A stretch of 64,000 nucleotides of DNA from an uncultured Planctomycetota bacterium (lineage in GTDB: Bacteria > Planctomycetota > Planctomycetia > Gemmatales > Gemmataceae). The notes under the pieces are model-generated. The model had not been told where the DNA came from. It was given only the letters and a program-made list of their open reading frames with translations, and searched no databases. Shown in pieces: positions 7,977 to 19,777 of the stretch. Numbering within the stretch: position 1 is the stretch's first letter; every line of letters begins with the position of its first letter. The DNA lies in NCBI GenBank assembly GCA_963849325.1, contig CAWKHF010000002.1:896001-960000 (forward strand), read 5' to 3'. Made by a program: the position numbers and the translations under genes.

Positions 7977-10838
7977 GTGTCCGCCGAGTCGTTTCGTCAA
8001 TTCGCGGACCTCCTGCCGGAAGCGATGCTGCTGGTGTCGGCAGACGGTTCGATCCTGGAGGCCAACCAGGCCATGCAGGACCGGCTCGATCTGCCGCCGT
8101 CGCAACTGCGGGGCCGGCGGCTGACGGACCTGGCGACCGACCGTCCCGACGCCCTCGCTCCCTACCTTCGTGCCTGCGCCCGGAGTCGAGAGCGCGTGCT
8201 CGGTGCCTTGACGCTGAGAAGGTCCAGTGGAGAGACCCTCTCCTGTCGCTGCGAAGGGGCCGTTTTCCGTCCACGCGACGACAAGACTCCTGCCCTTATT
8301 CTGCTCCGGCTCACCTCGAAAGAAGCGGCCGTCAGCCAGTTCCTCGCCCTGAACCAGCGGGTGATGGAACTGACACGGGAGATCGCGCGGCGGACGGCGG
8401 CCGAGACCGCTCTGCACGAAAAAAGTGAGTCGCTTCAAGTCACCCTGGCGAGCATCGGCGATGCCGTCATCGCCACGGACCCACATGGGTCCGTGACGTT
8501 CCTCAACCCGGTGGCCGAGTCGTTGACCGGCTGGCGGCAGGACGAGGCGGTAGGACAGTCCATCGACAGGATCTTCCCCATCATCAACGAGAAGACCCGT
8601 CGGCCGGTCGAGGGTCCGGTGAGCCGGGTCATCCGCGAAGGCACCATCATCGGCCTGGCCAACCACACGCTCTTGCTCAGCCGCGACGGTACGGAAAGGC
8701 CCATTGACGACAGCGGCGCACCCATTCGAGACAGTCGCGGCGAGATCCTGGGGGCCGTCCTGGTCTTCCGCGACATGAGCGGCCGCCGCCAGGCCGAGGA
8801 GCGGACGCGGGCCAACGAGGAACGTCTACGGCTGGCGCTGGAGGCCGGCCACATGGGGACGTGGGACTGGAACACTCAGACCAACCAGGTCATCTGGTCG
8901 TCGGGCCTGGAGTCCATCCACGGGCTGGCCGCCGGCACGTTCCCCGGAACATTCGAGGCTTTCCAGCGCGACATTCACCCCGAGGATAGGGACCGTGTAT
9001 TGAGCGACATCGCCCAGACCCTGGAGCACGACCGCGACCACCACCTCGAATACCGCCTCCTCTGGCCGGACGGCTCGGTCCACTGGATCGAAGCGCGGGG
9101 CCGGGTCTTCCGCGATGAATCGGGCCAACCCGTTCGCATGACGGGGGTCTGCATGGACATCGACGAACGGAAGCGGACAGAGCAAACCCTGCGTTTCCTG
9201 GCCGGCGCCAGCTCCGAGCTGGCCGTGCTGGTGGATTACGAAAGCACCTTGCGAAAGGTGGCCCAGCTCGCCGTGCCTTTCTTCGCCGACTGGTGCGCCG
9301 TGGACATCGCCGAGGCGGACGGTTCGGTGCGGCGCCTGGCGGTGGCGCACGTGGACACGGCCAAGGTGAGCCTGGCGCACGAGCTGGCCCAGCGCTATCC
9401 GCCCGATCCCAAGGCGGAGCGCGGCGTGCTCCACGTGCTCCGCACCGGCCGATCCGAGCTGGTGGAGGAGATCCCCGATCGCTGGCTGGTGGAGGAGGCG
9501 CGGGACGAGGAGCAACTTCGCATTTTGCGCGAGCTGGGGTTGAAGTCTTACTTGTGTGTTCCCATCAAGGCGCACGGGGCACTGCTGGGCGTCCTTTCCT
9601 TCGTCATGGCCGAGTCGGGCCGCCGTTACGGCGCCGGCGATCTCGCCGTGGCGGAAGACCTGGCCCATCGTGCCGCCGTGGCCGTGGAAAACGCCCGGCT
9701 GTACCAGGAGCTGCGCGAGGCCGACCGCCGCAAGAACGAGTTCCTGGCAACGCTGGCTCACGAGCTGCGCAACCCCCTGGCCCCGGTTCGCAACGGTCTG
9801 CAAATCCTGCGGCTGGCACCCGCCAACGCGCAAGCCCTGGAGCAGGCCCGACAGATGATGGATCGCCAGCTTCAGCACATGGTCCGCCTCATCGACGATC
9901 TGCTGGACGTCAGCCGCATCACGCGCGGCAAGATCGACTTGCGCAAGGAGTGCGTGGACCTCGCCGCCATCGTCCACAGTGCCCTGGAAGCGAGCCGTTC
10001 GGTCATCGAAGACGCCGGCCACCAGCTGACAGTGGAAATGCCACGGGAGCCGGTTTACCTGTACGCCGATCCGATGCGTCTGTCGCAGGTGGTCACCAAC
10101 ATCCTGCAGAATGCCGCTCGCTACACGCCGCCGGGTGGTCACATCGGACTGACGGCGGAACAGCAGGACGACCAGGCCATCCTGCGCATGCGCGACACCG
10201 GACTGGGCATTCCTCCCGAAATGCTGCCGCGCATCTTCGAGATGTTCACGCAGATCAACCGCAGCCTGGATCGCTCGCAGGGAGGTTTGGGGATTGGATT
10301 GGCGCTGGTTCGGAACCTCGTCCACATGCACGGCGGGACAGTGCAAGCCCACAGCGAAGGACTCGGACGCGGCAGCGAATTCGTCGTGCGTTTGCCCGTC
10401 GCGCCGGTGGGAGCGAAGGGGAGCGGCGAGGAGAAGCAGGGCGAACCGTCGCGACAGTCGGGTTCGTCGTCCGCCCGCCGCATTCTGGTTGTCGATGACA
10501 ACGTGGATGCGGCGGAAAGTCTGGCGATGCTGCTGCGCATGTTGAATAACGAAGTGTGGATCGCCTACGATGGACCCACGGGATTGGAGCTGGCCCGGCG
10601 GCATCGGCCGGACCTCATCTTTCTCGACATCGGTCTGCCCGGCATGAACGGCTACAACGTCGCCCGCCGGCTGCGCCAGCTGCCCGAGTTGCATGGCGTC
10701 ACGCTCATCGCCGTGACGGGTTGGGGTCAACCCGAGGACCGCCGCCGTAGCCAGGAGGCCGGCTTCGACGAACATCTCGTCAAACCCGTGGACCCCGCCA
10801 TTCTCAGCGCGTTGCTCGACCATCCCGAGCCGCGCTGA
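7977..10838 (+). CDS. Hybrid sensor histidine kinase (PAS x3, GAF, HisKA, HATPase, receiver)
   Basis: LAHELRNPL H-box, DTGLGI and GGLGIGL G-boxes, ILVVDDN..FLDIGLPG receiver. Confidence 0.95.
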   Translation: MSAESFRQFADLLPEAMLLVSADGSILEANQAMQDRLDLPPSQLRGRRLTDLATDRPDALAPYLRACARSRERVLGALTLRRSSGETLSCRCEGAVFRPRDDKTPALILLRLTSKEAAVSQFLALNQRVMELTREIARRTAAETALHEKSESLQVTLASIGDAVIATDPHGSVTFLNPVAESLTGWRQDEAVGQSIDRIFPIINEKTRRPVEGPVSRVIREGTIIGLANHTLLLSRDGTERPIDDSGAPIRDSRGEILGAVLVFRDMSGRRQAEERTRANEERLRLALEAGHMGTWDWNTQTNQVIWSSGLESIHGLAAGTFPGTFEAFQRDIHPEDRDRVLSDIAQTLEHDRDHHLEYRLLWPDGSVHWIEARGRVFRDESGQPVRMTGVCMDIDERKRTEQTLRFLAGASSELAVLVDYESTLRKVAQLAVPFFADWCAVDIAEADGSVRRLAVAHVDTAKVSLAHELAQRYPPDPKAERGVLHVLRTGRSELVEEIPDRWLVEEARDEEQLRILRELGLKSYLCVPIKAHGALLGVLSFVMAESGRRYGAGDLAVAEDLAHRAAVAVENARLYQELREADRRKNEFLATLAHELRNPLAPVRNGLQILRLAPANAQALEQARQMMDRQLQHMVRLIDDLLDVSRITRGKIDLRKECVDLAAIVHSALEASRSVIEDAGHQLTVEMPREPVYLYADPMRLSQVVTNILQNAARYTPPGGHIGLTAEQQDDQAILRMRDTGLGIPPEMLPRIFEMFTQINRSLDRSQGGLGIGLALVRNLVHMHGGTVQAHSEGLGRGSEFVVRLPVAPVGAKGSGEEKQGEPSRQSGSSSARRILVVDDNVDAAESLAMLLRMLNNEVWIAYDGPTGLELARRHRPDLIFLDIGLPGMNGYNVARRLRQLPELHGVTLIAVTGWGQPEDRRRSQEAGFDEHLVKPVDPAILSALLDHPEPR

Positions 10839-10846
10839 CAGCGAGC

Positions 10847-10896
10847 GGAGCCCGCAGCGTCAGCGAGGGAAAGTCCTCGCTAACGCTGCGGGCTCC
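10847..10896. repeat. REP-like palindrome
   Basis: GGAGCCCGCAGCGTCAGCGAGG...CCTCGCTAACGCTGCGGGCTCC; related copy near 38502-38537. Confidence 0.8.
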
Positions 10897-11018
10897 GATT
10901 GCCGTTCGTTCGTAACCGCCGTGTAACAAGCGCGAACAGAGTTGAAGAGAGAAGCCAATCCGTTTAGCATCGAAGGCAGTGTTCTCTTCCTCGTCCTGTC
11001 CACTTCCCGGGAGAGGTT

Positions 11019-12151
11019 ATGAAGCCAGCTGAACCAACCGCACGCCTGAGCCTCTGGGTTCGCCGGATGTTGGCCGTCGTCCTCTTGTTCCTCCTGCCCC
11101 TGGCCGTACCACTGCTGAACGGTCAAGATCGCGTGAAAGATCGCGTGGACCGGCTGAAGGAGAAAAAGACCGAGAAGACGGAGGAGAAAAAAGCCGATCC
11201 GGACGCCAAGACACCCACCGAAAAGGCGGCGAAGAAGCCGGCCCCCGGCGTACCGGCCGGAGTGGAAGTTCAGTTCATCGACGACAGCATTATGAAGATG
11301 ACCGTCCGCGACGAGCGCATCGAGATGAGCACGCCTTACGGCAAACTGCTGATCCCGGCGCACGACATCGAGCGGATCGAGTTCGCTTTCCGCATTCCCG
11401 AAGACGTCGCCCGACGGATCGAGACGGCGATCGCGGACCTCGGCAAGTCGGACTTCCATCGCCGCGAAGCCGCCTCCGCCGAACTCCGCGAGCTGCGCCA
11501 GCGTGCCTATCCCGCCCTGTTGAAAGCCGAGAAATCGTCCGACCCCGAAGTGGCGCACCGCGCCCGCGAACTGCTGGAGCAGGTCCGCGTCGAAGTACCG
11601 GAGGAGCGTCTCCAGTTCCGCACGCACAACGTCGTTTACACGGAGGAGTCGAAGTTCACCGGCCGTCTCACCTCGGCCGCGCTGAGGGTCCACACCTGGC
11701 AATTCGGCGAACAGCAGCTCAAGCTGTCTGACGTGCGTGACCTGCGCTCGCAGTGGGCGGCCGAGCCGGAGCCGGCCAACGTCCAGGCCGACCCCGGGAA
11801 CATGACCTCCTTTCAGGGCCAGGTCGGCAAGGTCCATGTCTTCCGGGTCACGGGCGGCGCAGCAACGCGCCGGGCGGCATGGCGGTCATGCGCGGCGGGT
11901 TGATCATCGCCGGGGCGCAAGGTTTCGTGTGGGGCACCGATACGTACACGCTCGACTCGTCCCTGGCGCTGACCGCCGTCCACGCGGGCGTTCTCAAGAC
12001 GGGACAGACCGGCGTGGTGCGCGTCAAGATCCTCGGGCCGCAGGCGGGCTTCCAGGGTTCAACGCGCAACGGCGTCACCAGCATGCCTTACGGCTTTTAC
12101 AACGGCGGCTACGAGTTCGTGCGCGGCCGCGCCCGCCGGCCGCCGCGCTGA
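11019..12151 (+). CDS. Exported protein with C-terminal LCCL domain (frameshift near 11870)
   Basis: ORF 11019-11903 joins ORF ending 12151, which carries VWGTDTYTLDSSLALTAVHAGVL..GSTRNGVTS (LCCL). Confidence 0.75.
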
Positions 12152-12157
12152 ACGAGG

Positions 12158-13609
12158 CTATCCCTCTCGCTTCGCCACCTCGTCGCGATCGCGCTGCGCC
12201 GCGGCTGTCTCTCCTTTCGCCTCGTGAACTTCGGCACGAGTGCGATACGCTTCGGCGCAGCTCGGATCGAGGCGGATCGCTTCCGTGCAGTCGGCGAGGG
12301 CTCGATCGTACTCGTTCCGGGCGAGATGGACCAAGGCTCGTTGACTGTAGGCATCCGCCTCGTAGGGACAGAGCCGGATGGCGCGCGTCAGATCGCGGAC
12401 GGCCTTGTCGTATTTTTTCGCTTCGTACCACAGCTCGGCGCGTTCGAGGTAGGCCGAATCGTCCTTGGGATCGAGTCCCAGCGCCTGGTTCAGATCGGCC
12501 AGGGCCTTGTCGCTCTCTCCTTGAGAGACGTAGGCGGAGCCGCGCTCTCGATACGCCTCGGCGAAGTTCGGATAGCGACGAATCGCCTCGCTGAAGTCGG
12601 CGATGGCTTGCCGAGAGGAGCCGACCTCCAGATAGATACAGCCGCGCTCGTAGAAGGCGTCGGCCCTTTCTTCTTTCTCGGTGAGCTGGATCAAGCGAGT
12701 GCAATCGGCGAGGGCGTTGTCCCATTCGCCCAGGTCGCGGTAACACGCCGCCCGTTGCCGATAGGCATCGAGGTAATCCGGATAACGACGCAGGGCCACA
12801 TTGCATTCGGCGAGGGCGTGTCGGGTGTACTGCTCTTCCGCCTCCCGAGTTCGTGCCGCGGCCGCCGCATCGATCCGCCACCCGGCCGGGTCCTGGTGAT
12901 AGCACTCGACCAGGATCTGATATAGCTCCGGATGCCGCCGGCGCAGCTCCAGCGGTTGAAGGAAGAAGCACTCGGTGGCCACGGCGAAGAACTCGGCGCG
13001 GCTGGACGCGCCATATGAATCGAGCAGAGTGGGCCGCTCATGCTCGGCGTCTTCGACCAGCTGCTGATACGCCGTCGCCAGCACGGTCTCGCAGCGTTCC
13101 GCCTTGGTGGGATCGTCGATCGGAGGCAGGCCGGATCGCGGATCGCCTCGTTCCGCCCATTTGTGGGCGAACTCGTGCAGCACGACGTTGGAGCGGCCCC
13201 GATGCCGACCTCCCCAGCGCGCCTCCCACCAGGACAGCACGACCGGGCCGTCCGCGTGGGCCTCGCCGAGACGATGCCCCAGCTGGTCCTCGATCCCCAG
13301 CGGGTCCGGTTCGATGCCCAGATAGCCGCCCGGATAGACGAGGATGGTCTTGACCTCCTCAAAACAATCGTCGTCCAATCCCAGGACGAGCAAACAAGCC
13401 TGGCCGGCGATGGTCACGCGGATCTCCTCGGTGATCCGCAAACCCGCGCAGCCCTCCCAGAACTTGGCGGCGATGAACCTCGGCACGGCCTGGCGCAGTC
13501 GCGCCTGGTCTCCCTCCGGGAGCAGCCCATAGAGCAAAACGTTTTCGCGCAGATAGGATAGCCAGGCTTCCGGGAACGACTCGTCAGACGGCCGCCGGTG
13601 CGGGGGCAT
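12158..13609 (-). CDS. MtfA-like zinc peptidase (M90) fused to TPR repeats
   Basis: IAGQACLL, ILVYP, NVVLHEFAH, YGASSRAEFFAVATECFF, then about 6 TPRs. Confidence 0.85.
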   Translation of the reverse strand: MPPHRRPSDESFPEAWLSYLRENVLLYGLLPEGDQARLRQAVPRFIAAKFWEGCAGLRITEEIRVTIAGQACLLVLGLDDDCFEEVKTILVYPGGYLGIEPDPLGIEDQLGHRLGEAHADGPVVLSWWEARWGGRHRGRSNVVLHEFAHKWAERGDPRSGLPPIDDPTKAERCETVLATAYQQLVEDAEHERPTLLDSYGASSRAEFFAVATECFFLQPLELRRRHPELYQILVECYHQDPAGWRIDAAAAARTREAEEQYTRHALAECNVALRRYPDYLDAYRQRAACYRDLGEWDNALADCTRLIQLTEKEERADAFYERGCIYLEVGSSRQAIADFSEAIRRYPNFAEAYRERGSAYVSQGESDKALADLNQALGLDPKDDSAYLERAELWYEAKKYDKAVRDLTRAIRLCPYEADAYSQRALVHLARNEYDRALADCTEAIRLDPSCAEAYRTRAEVHEAKGETAAAQRDRDEVAKREG

Positions 13610-13657
13610 GGAAAGGCTCCGGACACTCTCCCCAGGAGGGTGCGAGTGAGTGTCGCT

Positions 13658-15441
13658 CTATCGCAGGTCGAATTCCTCCACCTGCGCCGCCGAGACGCGG
13701 CCTTCCACGTCCCAACCGCGCGCGGCGTAGTACGCCTCGATCATGGCTGTCAGCCGTTCCGCGGCAGCGTGGCCTCCGCGCCGGCGCCGGTCGGCAGTCC
13801 TTCGCTCAGGAAGCGCTTCGGCAAGGTGTCCTCGGCGGCGGTCCAGCCCTCGCGCTGGTTGTACAGCTTCTTGGCCGCGACGACCCTCCGCGCCACAGTG
13901 CGTAGCTCGTCCGCCGTCACGTCCCAGCCGGTCACGCGCCGCAGCATCTCGGCGCCCTCGGCATACAAATCCGCGAACACGCCGCGCAGGAATTTGCAAA
14001 GAATCAGCGAATCAATGAGGGCGGCGCGATCCTCCGTTTCCACGGCGAGGGCGGCGGCGGCCGGTGAGCCGTGCAGGCGGTCGGCGTGCGGCGAGAAGTC
14101 GATTTCGTAGGCGCCGCTGCGGTTATGGTCGGCGCCGCGCGAACCGACGGCAAAGCCCAGCGCCATCGTCTGCAAGGTGCGCGGCTCGTAGCCGGGCAGC
14201 TCCAGCCCCTTGACGTGAGGGGCGAAGTCAGGAGCATCGCCACCGATCCGCGCCGCCGCTCGCCGGCTGCCCTCGGCGAGCAGGTCGCCCAGTCCCGGCT
14301 CTCGCTGCGCGATCCGCGGCAGCAGGGATAACAGCATGTCACCATTGCCGAAGTGCAGACCGTCCGCTCGTAGCAGGCCGCGCTCGGCGCACTCCATGCC
14401 GAAAGCGATGGTCGCTCCCGCCGAGATGGTATCCATGCCGAGTTGATCGCACAGCCGGGCGGCCCGCAGCACCACGTCGCGGTCGGCGATGCCGCACAGC
14501 GGGCCGAGCGCGAACAGGCTTTCGTATTCCAAACGTACTTCCCCGTCAGAGGCGGCATAAATGTGTTCGCAGCCGATCGTGCAGGCGGCGCAGGAATGAC
14601 GGGCCACGCGGCGGGCCTCGTTCAGCGACTCACCGGATAGCTCGTTCGCCTCGGCGAACTGGCCCTGCTGGAAATTGCGCGTCGGCAGAGCGTGCAGGCG
14701 GTTGAACGTCAGCAGGTTGGCGACGGTGCCCAGCTCGCGGTACTTCGCCGTGGCCGGCCCGAACGACCGCTGCGACAGGTCGCGCGCCGCCGCCACGACG
14801 CCGGCCGGATCGGCGACCGGCACGCGCTGCGAACCGCGGACCAGGATCGCCTTCAACCGCTTCGACCCCATCACCGCGCCGAGTCCGCCACGACCGGCGT
14901 GCCGGTTGGCATGGCTGATGGTGGCGTAGCGCACGCCGTTCTCGCCGGCCGGGCCGATCACGGCACTCTGATAGTCCTCTCCGAATCGCTCGCGCAACCG
15001 CGCTGTCGTCGCATCGCTCGTCTGGCCCCATAAATCGCCCGCCGGTTCCAGGCGGATCGTCCCGTCATCGATCACCAGCAAGCTCGGCGCGGCGCAGGCG
15101 CCGACGATCACCAGGGCGTCGGCGCCTGCGCGTTTGCCGGCGAGGGCGAAGTGCGACGACGACAGGGCGTCATTGAGGCGGAAGGTCAGCGGCGACTTGG
15201 CGACGACGGCGAACTTCGCGGACGTCGTCAGCGGCGTGCCGACGAGCGGGCTGAAGCAGAAGATCAGGGCGGCCTCCGGCGCCAGCGGATCGACGCCGGC
15301 CGGACCCTCGCGGTGCAGTAGCCAGGTGCCCAGACCGACACCGCCGAGGAAGCGGCGCAGCACCGTCTCCGGCAGCGGCATTCCGTTCGCCGTTCCCTCC
15401 GTCACGTCGATCCGCAGATAACGCCCGTGATAACCGCCCAT
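13658..15441 (-). CDS. Aldehyde:ferredoxin oxidoreductase (W/Mo pterin), frameshift near 13755
   Basis: AKSPLT, IGPAGEN, AGRGGLGAVMGSKRLKA, CAACTIGC, EYESL, GMDTISAG; C-terminal YYAARGWD in the other frame. Confidence 0.9.
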
Positions 15442-15446
15442 GCACA

Positions 15447-16204
15447 TCACGTCCTCAACTCATCCCGCCAGCGCCGGGGCACGGCATCGAAGGCGGCCTG
15501 GTAGGTCGCTTCCAGGGCGCCAAAACATAGACATCCGGTTCCAGAAACAAGGGCATCGGAGGTAATTCGTCGCCCACGGATACCGGTTCGATGAATGCGC
15601 GTTTCACGTAACCGGCCGAGTAACTGACCAGGGTCAACGGCTTGTCCGGAGGCAACTGAAAGTTGTCTTCGACGATCTCCGACCAGATGGCCGCATGAAT
15701 GCCTTGCGGATCGCGCGGCCCGGGCGGGAACAGGTCCAGGACGAGCAGATGGATGCCGGCTTCGAGGAATTCCAGCGATTTCTCGACGAACGCCCGAATG
15801 GCATGGCGACTCGCCTTGTTGCCGGGAGAGACGATTTCGACGAGGGCCACGACTTGATCGTCGCTGACGTGGCGAATGGCAATACGGTTGCGTTTGCGGG
15901 CATAGATTTCCTCTTCGGCCGAGGCGGTGAAGCGGACACGGGGAGGAGCGTCGGCCAGAGCGATGCCGCCGCGAGTCGGGGAGGCGTTCGAGGGACCGTT
16001 GCCGCCATCGGAGGGAGAAGCCGGCCGATCTCGTCCCAAGGTCAGCACGTCGGGGTGGAGTCCGCCCGAGACTTGCTCCGCCAGGGCGTAGTAATCTGGC
16101 GGCAGAAGACCCTGGTTTAAGGCGTGCTTGATGGTGAAAACCCAGTCGTGATGGAAATCGTGAAAGATCCCAGCATAGACACGGGTCCAATCGTGAATCG
16201 GCAT
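15447..16204 (-). CDS. DUF4058 family protein (frameshift near 15510)
   Basis: MPIHDWTRVYAGIFHDFH, VALVEIVSPGNK, GIHLLVLDLFPPGPRDPQGIH; C-terminal LEATYQAAF..VPRRWR in the other frame. Confidence 0.85.
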
Positions 16205-16410
16205 GACGTCTTCCTCCCCAAAGCGACGAAATCCGCTCTCCGCGAATTATACCCGCTCCGCTCCTTTTCCGCCGCATCCGTCGGAATATCTGGGGCTGGA
16301 AGGATACGTTCAAGAAAAATGCGACAACAGATGTTATCGGGTAGTACACTGGTTATAGTCAATCCGGCCAGACTCCCACGGAGGATCGGCCCCACCAGGC
16401 GAGACCCACC

Positions 16411-19400
16411 ATGCCGCACTGCCGGCCTATCCTATCCCTCGTCCTTCTGCTGGCACTTGGCACGCTGTCCGGGCTGCCGCCTGTCTTGCGAGCAGCGGAG
16501 ACCTCAGCGCAAGGGGTGGAATTCTTCGAGAACAAGGTGCGTCCCGTCCTGGTACGTTCACTGCTACTCGTGCCACTCGAAGCAGGCGAAGAAGCTGCGC
16601 GGCGGCTTGCGGCTGGATAGCCGCGAGGCGCTGCTGGCCGGCGGCGATAGCGGGCCGGCCCTGGTGCCCGGCCAGCCGGACAAGAGTCGTTTCATTGAGG
16701 CTATCGGCTACAAGGACGTCGAATTGCAGATGCCGCCTCGCGGTAAGCTGCCCGATGCGGTCATCGCCGACCTGACGGCATGGGTGCGAATCGGAGCGCC
16801 CTGGCCGAGGCAGCAGGTGGTCGCGGAGCACGGCACCAACAAGGCGACGTTCGACCTCGCCCAGCGCAAGCGCGACCATTGGGCCTGGCAGCCGATTCAC
16901 CCGCACTCGCCGCCATCGGTGCGTGACACGAACTGGCCCCGCGATCCGGTTGATCGCTTCATCCTGGCCTGCCTGGAAGAAAAGGGGCTGTCCCCGGCGA
17001 AGGCCGCCGACCGTCGCACCCTCCTTCGCCGGCTGTCCTTCGACCTGATCGGCCTACCGCCGACGCCGGACGAGGTCGAGGCTTTTCTCCGCGACACTTC
17101 GACCGACGCCATCGAGAAGGTCGTGGATCGCCTGCTCGCTTCGCCGCACTTCGGCGAGCGCTGGGGCCGGCACTGGCTCGACCTGGTACGCTACGCCGAG
17201 ACGCGCGGCCACGAATTCGACTATCCGATCCCCAACGCCTATCAGTACCGCGATTACGTTGTTCGCGCGCTCAACTGCCGACGTGCCGTACAATCAGTTC
17301 GTCGTCGAGCAACTGGCGGGCGATCTGCTGCCGAAACCGCGACTGCACCCGGAGCAGGGCTTCAACGAATCGATCCTCGGCACCGGCTTCTGGTTCCTCG
17401 GCGAGGAGGTGCATTCGCCGGTGGACGTTCGACAGGACCAGGCCGATCGCTTCGACAACAAGGTCGATGTGCTGTCCAAGGCGTTCCTCGGCCTGACCGT
17501 CGCCTGCGCTCGCTGCCACGATCACAAGTTCGACGCCATCTCCACGAAGGATTACTACGCCCTGTTCGGCTTCCTCCAGAGCAGTCATTATCGTCTGGCG
17601 CGCTTCGATTCGATGGAGCACAACCGCCGCGTCGCCGCGGAACTGTGGCAGCTGCGCCGAAGGGTCGCGCGCCGATCCAGAAGGCATTGGCCGATGGACT
17701 GCGACCGGGAGTGGAGCACGTGGCCGACTATCTGCTGGCGGCACGCACGGCGATGCAGGCCCATGTGGACTCGACGCGGAGACTGGAGGAAATGGCTCGC
17801 GCCCGCCGGCTCGATGCGGCCGTCCTCGGTCGGTGGCTGGCGCATTTGCAAACGGCGGTTCGGGATGAGAACGATGCGCTGCATAACTGGGCGAAGGTTG
17901 CTGTCGGTACGGCCGCGGCGGATGGCAAGCACTTCGCCAAGCTGGGTGAGGAAAGGGACGAAAAGGGGACGCAGCTCCTTCTCGATTACGCACACAGCAA
18001 GGCCGACGACTGGTTGGCAGACGGTTTCGCCTTCGGTCCCGGCCCGGTACGGCCGGGCGAGTTGCACATCGGCGGCGATCGGGAGAAGCCGATCCTGCGC
18101 TTCCGCGAATACGCCGCCGCCGAGAAAGATCCGGTGTGGGACGTACTGAAACTGGCCCCCGGCACCGCGAACGATCCGGGAGCGCTGGGGTCCGTGGTGC
18201 GCGCCGGCCGGACGCTGCGCACGCCGACGTTTTCGCTCACCAACGGCAGGGTGTTTTATCTCGTCAAGGGCAGCGGTTTCGTGTACGCGGCCGTCGGCTC
18301 GCACGTCATGATCGCTGGGCCGCTGCACGGCCAAATCGTCCGCACGGTCAACACTGGCGATCGTTTCCAGTGGGTTGGCCACGACCTGAGCGCCTACCAG
18401 GGACAACGCATCCACCTGGAGTTCACGCCCACCAGCAACGGAGATTTCGCTATCGCCAAGATCGTCCAGGGCGACAATCCGCCGCCGGACGTCGAGCACC
18501 CCAATCCGCTCCTTTGCGAAACCTTCGCCGGCGCCGGCACTCCGGAAGCGCTGGCGGAGGCGTATCAGCGCCTTTTCCTCGACACCCTGGACAAGCTGGC
18601 CGCCGACCGCATCGTTAGCTCAACCACGGCAACCGAACACGCTCGCCTGGCGAACTGGTTGATCGGACATGCCGACTTGTTCGGCGCGGCCGGGGCCGGC
18701 GAGGGCGAGACTCGCGCCTTTCTCGCCCAGCAAGCCAGGATCGCGGCCGGCATCCAGCGTGAATCGCGCCTGTGCGTGGCCATGATCGACGGCAGCCCGG
18801 AGAATGAATACGTGTTTATCCGCGGCTCGCCCAAGGCCCGCGGCGAAACGGTGCCGCGCCGCTTCCTGGAGGCGCTGGCCGTTCCATCATCTCCGGCAAT
18901 CTCTCATGGCAGCGGCCGGCTCGAACTGGCGCGCCAGATGATCGATCCGGTCACGAACCCCTTCCTGCCGCGCGTGCTGGTCAATCGTGTCTGGCATCAC
19001 CTGTTCGGCCGCGGCATCGTCGCCTCAACTGACAATTTCGGCGTCCTTGGCGAACGGCCGACGCACCCCGAATTGCTCGACTACCTCGCCGACCGCTTCG
19101 TCCGGGACGGCTGGTCGATCAAAAAAATGATTCGCGCCCTGGTTCTGTCGAGCGCCTATCGTATGGCGAGCCAGGCCGACGAGGCATCGGATCGCGCCGA
19201 TCCAGACGACGTGCTGCTGCACCGCATGCGCCGGCGGCGGCTGGAGGGCGAGGCGATCCGCGATGCGATTCTGGTTGTCTCTGGGCGGTTGGTGGATCGA
19301 CTGTACGGGCCGCCGGTGCCGATCCACCTGACGGAGTTTCAGGCCGGACGCGGCCGGCCCGCCAGTGGCCCGATCAACGGCGACGGCCGGCGCAGTCTCT

Positions 19401-19759
19401 ATCTGTCGGTACGGCGTAATTTCCTGTCGCCGTTCTTGCTGGCCTTCGATACGCCAAGTCCGTTTTCCACCGTCGGCCGTCGCACCGTCTCCAACGTGCC
19501 GGCCCAGTCGCTCATCCTGCTCAACGATCCGTTTGTGCATGAGCAGGCCCAGCGGTGGGCGCAGCGCGTCCTCGCCCAGCCCGGCACGCCGCGCGAACGG
19601 ATCATTCGCATGTATGAAAGCGCTTTCACCCATCCTCCGACCGAGATGGAACTGTCGGCGTGCCTGGATTATCTCGAACGCCGGCAGGCGAACCCGACCG
19701 CATGGGCGGACCTTGCTCACGTCCTGTTCAACGTCAAGGACTTCCTCTTCCTCAACTGA
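16411..19759 (+). CDS. Planctomycete cytochrome c / DUF1549 / DUF1553 (PSD1) protein, about 3 frameshifts
   Basis: FFENKVRPVL, CYSCH, LLRRLSFDLIGLPP, GERWGRHWLD, CARCHDHKFD, VNRVWHHLFGRG; frame changes near 16550, 17275 and 17660. Confidence 0.9.
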
Positions 19760-19777
19760 CTTCGCTGGGACCTCGTT

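Noticed and set aside
8826-10823. Long antisense ORFs (665 aa here; also 24715-26703, 36138-37661, 42208-43665, 54236-55558)
   Set aside because: Shadow ORFs opposite well-supported genes, as expected at high GC; no motifs
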